From: Xylanibacter ruminicola 23
GTDB lineage: Bacteria > Bacteroidota > Bacteroidia > Bacteroidales > Bacteroidaceae
NCBI RefSeq assembly: GCF_000025925.1
Contig: NC_014033.1
Coordinates: 570,001 to 602,000, forward strand
Direction: 5' to 3'
Length of the DNA stretch: 32,000 nt
The notes under the pieces are model-generated. The model was not told the DNA's origin and searched no databases. It worked only from the letters and a program-made list of their open reading frames with translations. The position numbers were made by a program, and so were the translations under genes. Below are positions 8,808 to 17,286 of the stretch, in pieces; within the stretch, counting starts at the first letter, position 1, and every line of letters starts with the position of its first letter.

Positions 8808-9511
8808 CAAGCCTTTGGCTTGATCACCACTTGTTCTATCTTGCCATCCAGGCACTGGAAGGCTTTGCCTGGGTACTTGTTTACCAAGCCGATGTTGTGG
8901 GTCGACATGATAACGGCAGTACCTGTTTCGGCGATGCTCTTCAGCAGCTGCATAATGCTGTCGGCTGTGTCCTTATCCAGATTGCCTGTAGGCTCGTCGG
9001 CGATGATGAGCTTAGGATGATTCAGGATGGCGCGGGCGATGGCCACACGCTGCTGCTCGCCACCCGACAGTTCGTTGGGCATCTTAAACAGCTTCTCGTC
9101 CAGTCCTATCTGCTCCATCACCTCGCTAATGCGGTTGTTGATGGCATCGTTATCTTTCCAACCTGTGGCCTTGAGCACAAAGCGCAGGTTTTTATATACG
9201 GTGCGGTCGCTGAGCAGCTGGAAGTTCTGGAACACCACGCCCAGGTCGCGACGCAAGCCAGGAATATCTTTGCGGCGGATGGTCTTCAGGTCGCGATCCA
9301 GCACGATAGCCTCGTCGGCCTCGTCAACATCCAGTTCGCCGTAGAGTGTCTTCAGGAGCGAACTTTTACCCGAGCCTACGCGACCAATCACGTAAACCAT
9401 CTCGCCCTCGTTAACCTCAAGGTTCACCCCCTCGAGCACCTTAATGCCCGAATCCTGGTAAACGTTTACATTCTTATAATTAATCAGCATTCTATTATTT
9501 TTTTTTGCCAA
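8807..9511 (-). CDS. ftsE: FtsE-like ABC transporter ATP-binding protein
   Basis: Walker A (GRVGSGKSSLL), ABC signature (LSGGEQQRVAIARA) and Walker B (LIIADEPTGNLD) are present. The length of about 230 aa fits FtsE. No permease gene is adjacent. Confidence 0.65.
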   Translation of the reverse strand: MAKKNNRMLINYKNVNVYQDSGIKVLEGVNLEVNEGEMVYVIGRVGSGKSSLLKTLYGELDVDEADEAIVLDRDLKTIRRKDIPGLRRDLGVVFQNFQLLSDRTVYKNLRFVLKATGWKDNDAINNRISEVMEQIGLDEKLFKMPNELSGGEQQRVAIARAILNHPKLIIADEPTGNLDKDTADSIMQLLKSIAETGTAVIMSTHNIGLVNKYPGKAFQCLDGKIEQVVIKPKA

Positions 9512-9517
9512 AATTTA

Positions 9518-10177
9518 CTATTTCATTTTGCCTGCGGCTTTGGCTTCGCGGCGCTGCTTGTCCCAGTTGGGATCGTGGCGCTTGTGCAGCTCGTCGGCCA
9601 CCTGCTCAATACGCAAACCCTTGCTGGTGAGCAGTACGGTGAGGTGATATAGCAGGTCGCTGGCCTCGTAAACCAGGTGCTCGTCGGTACCGTTGGTAGC
9701 CTCGATCACTGTCTCCAAAGCCTCTTCGCCCACCTTTTGGGCAATCTTGTTGATACCATCCTTAAACAGTTTGGTGGTATAGCTGCCCTCGGGCATCTCC
9801 TGGTGGCGCTTGTCGATAAAGTCCTGAAGCTCGGTCAGGAATGTTACGCCGCTGTCGTTGGTCTCGCCCCAACAGGTGTCGGTACCTGTGTGACAGGTTG
9901 GTCCGTCGGGTGTTGCCTTTACCAGCAGGGTATCGTTATCGCAGTCCACTTTGATATCTACCAGATGCAGGAAGTTGCCGCTGGTCTCGCCTTTGGTCCA
10001 AAGGCAGTTACGACTGCGACTCCAGAATGTAACCTTCTTGGTATCGATGGTTTTCTGGTAGGCTTCCTCGTTCATATAGCCCAGCATCAGCACGTTCTTA
10101 GTTTGGGCATCCTGGATAATAGCGGGCACCAGGCCTCCGCTCTTTTCAAAATCTATCTTCATTGTTATATTTGACAA
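9518..10177 (-). CDS. hisIE: Bifunctional phosphoribosyl-AMP cyclohydrolase / phosphoribosyl-ATP diphosphatase
   Basis: The HisI part is LVPAIIQD...LMLGYMNEEA...WSRSR..LWTKGETSGN..DCD.DTLL. The HisE part is ...LYHLTVLL. It lies in his operon context. Confidence 0.9.
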   Translation of the reverse strand: MSNITMKIDFEKSGGLVPAIIQDAQTKNVLMLGYMNEEAYQKTIDTKKVTFWSRSRNCLWTKGETSGNFLHLVDIKVDCDNDTLLVKATPDGPTCHTGTDTCWGETNDSGVTFLTELQDFIDKRHQEMPEGSYTTKLFKDGINKIAQKVGEEALETVIEATNGTDEHLVYEASDLLYHLTVLLTSKGLRIEQVADELHKRHDPNWDKQRREAKAAGKMK

Positions 10178-10194
10178 TTTGACTATTTACTATT

Positions 10195-10953
10195 TTACAA
10201 TCTGACGTTTATACCCTCATCTTTTAGATAGCGTTTCAGCTCGGGGATGGGGATTTCGCCGAAGTGGAACACACTGGCGGCGAGGGCGGCATCGGCATGA
10301 CCATCGATAAAGGTGTCGCGGAAATGCTCGCGCTTACCGGCACCACCGCTGGCGATGATGGGTATAGAGAGGTTGTCGGCCAATTCGCGGAGGGCTTCGT
10401 TGGCATAACCGTTCTTCACACCATCGTGATCCATACTGGTAAACAGTATCTCGCCTGCACCACGCTCCTGGGCCTCGTGTGCCCATTCAAACAGGCCGCG
10501 CTCAGTACGCTCGCGTCCACCTTTCAGGTAGCAATGCCATCCATCAGGATCGAATCTCGCATCGATGGCCACTACGCATACCTGCGAACCAAAGCGACTG
10601 GTAATCTCGTTAATCAATTCGGGGCGGCGGATGGCAGCGCTGTTCACGCTCACCTTATCAGCTCCGGCATACAGCAGGCGCTCTACATCGGCCAACTCGT
10701 TGATGCCACCACCCACGGTAAAGGGGATATTTATCTCTTTGGCCACACGTGTTACCATATCGGTAAACGTTTTGCGACCCTCGAAACTGGCTGTGATATC
10801 CAGGAAGCAGAGCTCGTCGGCACCTTGCTCGCTGTAGGCTTTGCCCAGTTCAACCGGGTCGCCAGCCGAACGCAGGTTTACAAAGTTGGTGCCTTTAACG
10901 GTTTCGCCATCCTTCACGTCCAAACAGGGTATGATTCTTTTTGCTAATCCCAT
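10195..10953 (-). CDS. hisF: Imidazole glycerol phosphate synthase, cyclase subunit
   Basis: [22 protein letters not shown]...GDPVE.A..Y...GADEL.FLDITAS; 252 aa. Confidence 0.95.
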   Translation of the reverse strand: MGLAKRIIPCLDVKDGETVKGTNFVNLRSAGDPVELGKAYSEQGADELCFLDITASFEGRKTFTDMVTRVAKEINIPFTVGGGINELADVERLLYAGADKVSVNSAAIRRPELINEITSRFGSQVCVVAIDARFDPDGWHCYLKGGRERTERGLFEWAHEAQERGAGEILFTSMDHDGVKNGYANEALRELADNLSIPIIASGGAGKREHFRDTFIDGHADAALAASVFHFGEIPIPELKRYLKDEGINVRL

Positions 10954-10955
10954 CT

Positions 10956-11675
10956 TTATCTATTAAGTTTAATCAGTTCGCGAAGGTCGATCTTACCTTC
11001 GTAAATGGCTTTGCCGAACACAACGGCAGGTACGCCGATTGCTTCGAGGGCCTTGATATCTTCGATACACGATACACCGCCACTGGCTATCAGGTGCAAA
11101 TCGGGATATTTCTTCATCACGTCAGCATAGAGTTCAAAGGCTGGACCGCCGAGGGTGCCGTCTTTCGAAATCTCTGTGCACAACACGTTCTTCACACCAG
11201 CATCCACGTATTTCTTGAGGAAAGGCAGCAGGTCTTCTTCCGAATCCTCCTTCCAGCCGTTGATGCTGATTTTGCCATTGCGCACATCGGCACCCAGAAT
11301 CATGCGGTCGGGACCGTATTTCTGTAGCCACCAGGTAAACAGGTTGGGCTGGGTAACGGCAATAGAACCAACAGTTACCATCTGTGCGCCAGCATCAAAG
11401 GCAGCCTCGATATCGGTATGGGTCTTAATTCCACCACCGAAATCTACTTCGAGTGATGTTTCAGACGTGACCTGAGTGAGCACCTTGCTGTTAACAATAT
11501 GTTTTGATTTGGCGCCATCAAGATCTACCATGTGCAGACGCTTAAAGCCGATGCGTTCAAACTCGCGGGCCATCTCTAAAGGCTCGCCGTACTCGGTTTT
11601 CTGGTTGTAGTCGCCCTTGGTCAGTCGTACACACTTACCAGCAATAATGTCGATAGCGGGAATCAGTTCAATCAT
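10956..11675 (-). CDS. hisA: ProFAR isomerase
   Basis: [22 protein letters not shown]...[10 protein letters not shown]...[11 protein letters not shown]; 239 aa, between hisH and hisF. Confidence 0.9.
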   Translation of the reverse strand: MIELIPAIDIIAGKCVRLTKGDYNQKTEYGEPLEMAREFERIGFKRLHMVDLDGAKSKHIVNSKVLTQVTSETSLEVDFGGGIKTHTDIEAAFDAGAQMVTVGSIAVTQPNLFTWWLQKYGPDRMILGADVRNGKISINGWKEDSEEDLLPFLKKYVDAGVKNVLCTEISKDGTLGGPAFELYADVMKKYPDLHLIASGGVSCIEDIKALEAIGVPAVVFGKAIYEGKIDLRELIKLNR

Positions 11676-12313
11676 AAATCGATGAAGTTTTTAATGATTT
11701 GTTCGCCCACCTTACCACTCTTTTCGGGGTGGAACTGGCAGGTATAGAAATTATCCTTGTGCATTGAGGCCGAGTAGGGCAGAATGTAGTCTGCCGTAGC
11801 GATGGTCTCGTTACACACAGGCACATAGTAGGAGTGTACAAAGTAAACGTAAGGAGCCTCCCCCGACCCCTCCAAAGAGAGGGGAGATAGGATGCCCTTG
11901 TATAGAGGATTAACGCCCCCCTCCTTTTGGAGGGGCTGGGGGAGGCTTATCTCCTGCCATCCCATACACGGCACCTTATCCTCGTGGCGCTGGGGCTGGA
12001 AACGTTTTACTTCGGCATCAAAAATGCCTATACACTCGGTATCGCCCTCCTCAGAGTGGCGACATAATAGTTGCTGACCTACGCAGATGCCGAAAACGGG
12101 CTGCTTCAGGTCGCGTATCAGCAGGTCGAGCTTGCGGGCCCGCAGATAGTCCATCGCTTCGCCAGCATGACCTTGTCCAGGAAACAGTACCTTATCGGCC
12201 TTCATCAGCAGTTCAGCATCGTCGGTCAGCGTGGGCTCTATACCCAGGCGCTTCAGTGCGTTCACCACCGAATAGATATTTCCTGCGTTGTATTTTACTA
12301 TTGCAACTTGCAT
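11672..12313 (-). CDS. hisH: Imidazole glycerol phosphate synthase, glutamine amidotransferase subunit, carrying an in-frame GC-rich inverted-repeat insertion
   Basis: VAIVKYNAGNIYSV, the catalytic GICVGQQLL motif, MGW, YFVHSYY and QFHPEKSG are present. At 213 aa it is longer than the roughly 196 aa I recall as typical. The extra residues coincide with the repeat at 11856-11946. Confidence 0.9.
   Translation of the reverse strand: MQVAIVKYNAGNIYSVVNALKRLGIEPTLTDDAELLMKADKVLFPGQGHAGEAMDYLRARKLDLLIRDLKQPVFGICVGQQLLCRHSEEGDTECIGIFDAEVKRFQPQRHEDKVPCMGWQEISLPQPLQKEGGVNPLYKGILSPLSLEGSGEAPYVYFVHSYYVPVCNETIATADYILPYSASMHKDNFYTCQFHPEKSGKVGEQIIKNFIDL
11856..11946. repeat. Two inverted 31-nt GC-rich hairpin units inside hisH
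   Basis: Unit A, 11856-11886, is gcctcccccgacccctccaaagagaggggag. The reverse complement of 11916-11946 is gcctcccccagcccctccaaaaggagggggg (26/31 identical). Each unit has an internal stem (11867-11872/11879-11884 and 11918-11924/11929-11935). Confidence 0.85.
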
Positions 12314-12337
12314 TCTTTTTCTCTTTTTTGCTAAATA

Positions 12338-13201
12338 TTAGCTAAATATAATCGTTTTGTTCTTGTATGTGAGGATTTTGCGCTGGATGTGCTTGCTCAC
12401 AGCGTGTGAGAGCACGATTTTCTCCAAGTCCTTACCCTTCAGCACTAAGCTCTCGGGGGTGTCCTTGTGGGTAATGCGGGTAACATCCTGCTCGATGATT
12501 GGACCGGCATCCAGCTCGGCTGTAACATAGTGGCTGGTGGCACCGATAATCTTCACGCCGCGCTCGTAAGCCTGATGATAGGGCTTGGCACCGATAAAGG
12601 CTGGCAGGAACGAGTGGTGGATGTTAATGATATGATGCGGATACTCGGCTATCATCTCGTCGCTGATAATCTGCATGTAGCGGGCCAGCACGATAAACGA
12701 GATATCCTCCTTCTTCAGCAGCTCCATTTCAGCCTTCTCTACCTCCTCCTTGTTGCTGTGGTCTTTCTTAATGCTCCACACGTAGTAGGGAATGCCGAAC
12801 TGGTCGGCCACGTAGCGCAAATCCTCGTGGTTAGATACGATACAAGGAATGTCGCAGTTAAACTCGCCAGCCTTCCATCGTGCCAGCAAGTCGTACAGGC
12901 AGTGACTCATCTTACTAACGAAGATAGCCATACGTGGACGCTTATCGCTGAAGTACAAGCTGAATTTCATTTGGTAACGCTGCGCATAAAGGGTGGTGAT
13001 GTACTCGTAAATCTTGTCGCGAGGAATCATAAATCCTTCCAGTTCCCACTCTATACGCATAAAAAACATGCCGTCCACCTTGTCAACATACTGATCCAGG
13101 TAAACGATATTTCCCTTATTATCGGTGATAAACTTAGTTACTTCCGAAATAATGCCCTGCTGATCGGGGCAGTGGAGTAGCAGAATTGCTGTTGTTTCCA
13201 T
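12338..13201 (-). CDS. purU: Formyltetrahydrofolate deformylase
   Basis: An N-terminal ACT-like region (AILLLHCPDQQGIISEVTKFI) is followed by a formyltransferase core (NIHHSFLPAFIGAKPYHQA...GATSHYVTAELDAGPII). I prefer the start at METTAILL (13201), because a minus-strand TATCTTTG box at 13242-13249 lies only 5 nt from the track start 13237. Confidence 0.85.
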   Translation of the reverse strand: METTAILLLHCPDQQGIISEVTKFITDNKGNIVYLDQYVDKVDGMFFMRIEWELEGFMIPRDKIYEYITTLYAQRYQMKFSLYFSDKRPRMAIFVSKMSHCLYDLLARWKAGEFNCDIPCIVSNHEDLRYVADQFGIPYYVWSIKKDHSNKEEVEKAEMELLKKEDISFIVLARYMQIISDEMIAEYPHHIINIHHSFLPAFIGAKPYHQAYERGVKIIGATSHYVTAELDAGPIIEQDVTRITHKDTPESLVLKGKDLEKIVLSHAVSKHIQRKILTYKNKTIIFS

Positions 13202-13241
13202 CTCTACATCTTTATTTTTTTTACCTATAAAATTCAAGGTG

Positions 13242-13249
13242 CAAAGATA
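13242..13249 (-). promoter_or_regulatory. -7 promoter box TATCTTTG (minus strand) for purU and the downstream his/lys block
   Basis: The plus strand reads caaagata. It lies 40 nt upstream of the purU ATG at 13201. Confidence 0.5.
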
Positions 13250-13343
13250 AATAAAAAGATTGTAAAAACTGCCGAAATTTGAATAAATATCTAAACTTTG
13301 CCAAAAATAGTGCTCTAAATCGTAAAATATGCGTTTTTTTTGC

Positions 13344-13351
13344 TAATTTTG
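13344..13351 (+). promoter_or_regulatory. -7 promoter box TAATTTTG for greA
   Basis: TAnnTTTG match 39 nt upstream of the greA ATG. Confidence 0.5.
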
Positions 13352-13390
13352 CAGCCGAATTGATAGTAAATAACACGAAATTGTATCATT

Positions 13391-13858
13391 ATGGAATATA
13401 TGTCGCAAGAAGGCTGGGACAAGCTCGTAGCCGAATTGAAACAACTGGAGACGGTAGATTTACCTGCTTGTAAGGATGCCATCAGCGAGGCGCGCGATAA
13501 GGGCGACCTGAGCGAGAACTTTGAGTATCATGCTGCCAAGCGCGAGCAGGGCCGCCTGTTGGGTCGTATCAGCTTTCTGCAGAAGGTGCTCGAGAATGCA
13601 CGCGTGATTGATACCTCGCTGTTGGGTAAGGACTGCGTGGGACTTCTGAGTAAGGTTGAGATGACCAATTTAAATAACAATGCTAAGATGACTTACACCA
13701 TCGCAAGTCCCCACGAGGCAAACCTTCGCGAGGGTAAAATCAGTATCAAGTCGCCTATCGCTCAGGCCCTGTTAAATAAGAAGGTTGGCGATGTGGTAGA
13801 GGTGCGTGTGCCCGCTGGTATGGTGAAGCTTAAGATTGAAAATATCACAATGGAATAA
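13391..13858 (+). CDS. greA: Transcription elongation factor GreA
   Basis: MSQEGWDKLVAELKQLE....AISEARDKGDLSENFEYHAAKREQ; 155 aa. Confidence 0.9.
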   Translation: MEYMSQEGWDKLVAELKQLETVDLPACKDAISEARDKGDLSENFEYHAAKREQGRLLGRISFLQKVLENARVIDTSLLGKDCVGLLSKVEMTNLNNNAKMTYTIASPHEANLREGKISIKSPIAQALLNKKVGDVVEVRVPAGMVKLKIENITME

Positions 13859-13872
13859 ATAACACAAAAATT

Positions 13873-14628
13873 ATGAAAAAGATTGTATTGATTACAGGTG
13901 CCACAAGTGGCATTGGCGAGGCTTGTGCCCGCAAGTTTGCCCAGAATGGCGATAAGGTGATTTTGACTGGACGTAACCAGGTCCGTATGACAGCGATTGC
14001 CGACGAGCTGAAGGCCCAGGGTGCCGAGGTGCTTACCTTGATGTTTGACGTGCGCGACCGCGAGGCTGCCCGTCAGGCTATCGAGAGCTTGCCTGCTGAG
14101 TGGCAGGAGATCGACGTGCTGGTGAACAACGCTGGACTGGCCTTAGGTCTGGAGCCCGAATTCGAGGGTAACAGCGATGATTGGGACGGTATGATTGATA
14201 CCAACGTAAAGGGACTTCTGACTATGACCCGCCTGATTGTGCCTGGTATGGTGGCACGCGATCGCGGACATGTGATTAATATGGGTTCGGTAGCTGGTGA
14301 TGCTGCCTACGCTGGCGGTAACGTGTACTGTGCTACCAAGGCTGCCGTTAAGGCGCTGAGCGATGGACTGCGTATCGATGTGGCTAACACCGCCGTACGT
14401 GTAACCAACCTGAAGCCCGGACTGGTAGAGACCAACTTCAGCAACATCCGTTTCCACGGCGACGAGGAGCGCGCTGCCAATGTATATAAAGGTATCAAAC
14501 CTCTTACCGGCGACGATATTGCCGATGTAGCTGTTTACGCTGCAAACGCTCCCGCTCACGTGCAGATAGCCGAAGTGCTGATTCTGGCTACCCATCAGGC
14601 AAGCGGAAGCGTGATTGTTCGCAAATAA
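13873..14628 (+). CDS. SDR-family NADP-dependent oxidoreductase (YdfG-like 3-hydroxy acid/serine dehydrogenase type)
   Basis: Cofactor motif ITGATSGIGEA, NNAG, and the catalytic YCATKAAV motif are present; 251 aa. Confidence 0.8.
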   Translation: MKKIVLITGATSGIGEACARKFAQNGDKVILTGRNQVRMTAIADELKAQGAEVLTLMFDVRDREAARQAIESLPAEWQEIDVLVNNAGLALGLEPEFEGNSDDWDGMIDTNVKGLLTMTRLIVPGMVARDRGHVINMGSVAGDAAYAGGNVYCATKAAVKALSDGLRIDVANTAVRVTNLKPGLVETNFSNIRFHGDEERAANVYKGIKPLTGDDIADVAVYAANAPAHVQIAEVLILATHQASGSVIVRK

Positions 14629-14649
14629 AATCTATGCGGCTGCGCTGTT

Positions 14650-15141
14650 TTATTGCGCGGTGGCTTGTTTCATCCCCTCAACAAACTTGGCTTGTAACTG
14701 TGCGGCCAGTAGGTTGTGGGGATTTAATTTGAGTGCTTTCTCGAAGTTCTGTAGCACATCCAGATAGTACTTCTGTCCGTTCTGCGCTGGGTTCTGCACA
14801 ATACGCGTCATGTACAGGAAACCACGCAGGGTGCACAGATCCGACTGGTCGGCTCCCTTCATCTGTGCCATCTGATTGATGGTCTGTTCGGCCTGTGCCA
14901 GCATCGGTTCAGCCTGGGCGGCATGCGGGTTGGTGATGGCGAAATTCAAACTGGCCAGCGCCAATTTGTACTTAGGTGCCACGCTGTCGGGCTGCATGGC
15001 CTCCAGGCGCTTCAGCATGCCAATCTGGTTCAGCATCTCATCGGCCGATGGCTGCTGTGCCTGCTGGGCATACAGGTTAATCACACTTGCAAAAACTAAC
15101 ACTACTGTAGCAACTACGTGCTTAAAAATTACTGATGTCAT
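14650..15141 (-). CDS. Small secreted helical (TPR-like) protein of unknown function
   Basis: It has a signal peptide (VVATVVLVFASVINLYAQQ). The helical, Ala/Gln-rich body ends in a TPR-like motif (NFEKALKLNPHN). Its start overlaps the 3' end of the TonB-dependent receptor gene by 20 nt. Confidence 0.5.
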   Translation of the reverse strand: MTSVIFKHVVATVVLVFASVINLYAQQAQQPSADEMLNQIGMLKRLEAMQPDSVAPKYKLALASLNFAITNPHAAQAEPMLAQAEQTINQMAQMKGADQSDLCTLRGFLYMTRIVQNPAQNGQKYYLDVLQNFEKALKLNPHNLLAAQLQAKFVEGMKQATAQ

Positions 15142-17173
15142 AAGCTTTATTATTTTTAAGTGAAACTAAAATGGTTACATAGAAAAATCTGTCGCGATTA
15201 GATATGATGCCCTTTCCGTTGGCATCGTAACGATGGATGTTGGTGCGGCCCAACACGTTATTGAGCGAGGTGTAGATAATCACCTTGGGACTGAGCAGAT
15301 ACGTCAGGTTTACATCTACGCTGTTGTAATGCGGGGTGGTGCCCTGGGCAAAATGTCGCCCTGTGGCATAGCTCTCGCTCACACCTAAGATACATTTGCC
15401 AATGCTGTATTTGGCTGACAGGCGCAGGTTGTGGCGCGAGGCAAAGCTGGGTGTGCTTAGCTCGGTATAATCCTGATACAGACGCTCTGAATCGTTCAGC
15501 GAGTAGGCGAGGGTGGTAACGAGGCGTGGACTGATAGAATGGTCCTCAACGAACACATCCACACCCCTGCTGGTGCCATAGCCATCAGCCAGCCACTCGC
15601 CCTGCGGTATTCGGGGCAGATGACGATAGCGCTTTAGATAAGGCTCGATACGCAGCAGACTCGATGCACCCTTGTACTGCATGCTCAGTATCACGTGATT
15701 AGCTGTGCTCTGGGGTAACGTGTTGTTGCTCTGAGCCAGCTGGTCGTCGTTAGGTGTCTGACTGTACCGGCCTGCCACCAGCGATACCTGCCACTGCTTG
15801 TTGGGTATATAGCTCAGGGTGGCGCGTGGCATCAGCTGCCAGCGGGTGCGCATCAGTTCGGCACGGGCGGATAGGTTCACAAATACCTTAGGCATTACGC
15901 GCAACTGGGCATCGGTGTGGGCACCAAATATGTTGTAATCAAGTGTGTACTGATAAGGCATGAAGTCCAGCGTGCTGTGGCGCAGGTAGTCTTCAATACC
16001 TGTCGACACCTTCAAACGGTCGTTCACCACCTTGCGCAGTTCGGTCTTCAGGTGTATCTCGTTGCGATGGTTGCGGTAGTGGTCGCCAGCGCTTACGGCA
16101 TCATCGATATGATTCCAAACACTCGAGTTGGCTATGCCTGCAAACAGCGTGGTGCCGCGGGCGATAGGCGCCTTGTAAGTCAGGTTGGCATAAATGTTGT
16201 GTTCTTTCAGACTGAGGTGGCGATCGTCCTCATGCAGGCCTACCGAAGTCAGGTCGTAACCCACATACGATTTCAGCACGCCGCCACGGGTATATTCTTT
16301 TTTATATTGTGCCTCGCCCGATAGCTTGCGATAGGGTCGGGTAAAGTCCTGGCGCTGGGTAAACAATCGGTCGTACAGGGCCATGCTGGTATAAGTGGCG
16401 TTAAACGACAGGGCGCTGTTGGTAAACGCTTTGGTACCGCCTATGTTCCAATCCACCAGCGAGGCACTTACGCCCAACTTATCGCTGGTTGCCATATCGG
16501 TAGTCTCCATCGGCAGCACGGCACTCAGCGCTTGTCCGTACTCGCCGTTGTAGCCACCTAAGGTAAAATTGATACCCTTAAACAGGAATGGCGAAAAGCG
16601 GCCACGCACGGCGGTATTCTCGGTATTGGTGCTGTAGGGCACCAGCACGTGCATGCCGTTCACAAACGTCTGGCACTCGTCGCTTTCGCCGCCACGTACG
16701 TACAGCTTGCCGTCTTCGCCCACCTTCTGGGTGCCGGGAAGCGACTGCAGGGCAGCTACCACGTCGCCACATGAGTTGCCACTCATCACTACATCCAGCG
16801 CGTCCATCGTTTTAAAACCGTCGCTCTTGCCAAAGCTGTAGGTGCTGGCAGTTACCACCACCTCGCTGATGGCTGTGGCACGTTCCTGCATGCGTACGTC
16901 TATATCCTTCAGCGTGCTTACAGGGGCGGTGCGGGTGTAGTCGTCGTAACCCATATAGGTCACCTTCAGTGTTACGTCGCCCGTCTGGGTGGTCATAAAA
17001 CTGAATCGACCTAAGGTATCGGTCAGACATCCGTCTATCGTACCTACAATAAATACATTGGCGGCGGGCAGGGGTGTGCGGCCGTCGGTTACTGTTCCCG
17101 TTACGGTGGTTTGTGCGGCCAGGTTGCAGGCCCAGAGCAAACCGATGATGATATGTGCAAACTTCTGTTTCAT
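15122..17173 (-). CDS. TonB-dependent receptor with a carboxypeptidase-regulatory-like N-terminal domain
   Basis: I prefer the start at MKQKFAHIIIGLLWACNLAAQ (17173). A CarbopepD_reg-like segment (VTGTVTDGRTPLPAANVFIVGT...GRFSF) is followed by a plug region (DALDVV...ALQSLPGT...LYVRGG). A long beta-barrel body ends in an aromatic residue (...YDISNF). Confidence 0.8.
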   Translation of the reverse strand: MKQKFAHIIIGLLWACNLAAQTTVTGTVTDGRTPLPAANVFIVGTIDGCLTDTLGRFSFMTTQTGDVTLKVTYMGYDDYTRTAPVSTLKDIDVRMQERATAISEVVVTASTYSFGKSDGFKTMDALDVVMSGNSCGDVVAALQSLPGTQKVGEDGKLYVRGGESDECQTFVNGMHVLVPYSTNTENTAVRGRFSPFLFKGINFTLGGYNGEYGQALSAVLPMETTDMATSDKLGVSASLVDWNIGGTKAFTNSALSFNATYTSMALYDRLFTQRQDFTRPYRKLSGEAQYKKEYTRGGVLKSYVGYDLTSVGLHEDDRHLSLKEHNIYANLTYKAPIARGTTLFAGIANSSVWNHIDDAVSAGDHYRNHRNEIHLKTELRKVVNDRLKVSTGIEDYLRHSTLDFMPYQYTLDYNIFGAHTDAQLRVMPKVFVNLSARAELMRTRWQLMPRATLSYIPNKQWQVSLVAGRYSQTPNDDQLAQSNNTLPQSTANHVILSMQYKGASSLLRIEPYLKRYRHLPRIPQGEWLADGYGTSRGVDVFVEDHSISPRLVTTLAYSLNDSERLYQDYTELSTPSFASRHNLRLSAKYSIGKCILGVSESYATGRHFAQGTTPHYNSVDVNLTYLLSPKVIIYTSLNNVLGRTNIHRYDANGKGIISNRDRFFYVTILVSLKNNKAYDISNF

Positions 17174-17256
17174 GCCGCAAATGTACGGCACGTTTTTCAT
17201 AGTTCCAAATTTTGCTGACCATCAGCTAAAACTACTGACGGAAAGCTAGCTGCGCT

Positions 17257-17286
17257 GACGAATGACGCGTTTCGAGGACGAATGAC
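17257..17286 (-). promoter_or_regulatory. Perfect 10-nt direct repeat GACGAATGAC x2 (start-to-start 20 bp), a candidate LytTR operator upstream of the TonB-dependent receptor operon
   Basis: The copies lie at 17257-17266 and 17277-17286, in the 112-bp spacer between the LytTR gene stop and the receptor start. The spacing resembles the 9-10-bp direct repeats separated by about 12 bp that LytTR proteins such as AgrA bind. Confidence 0.4.
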
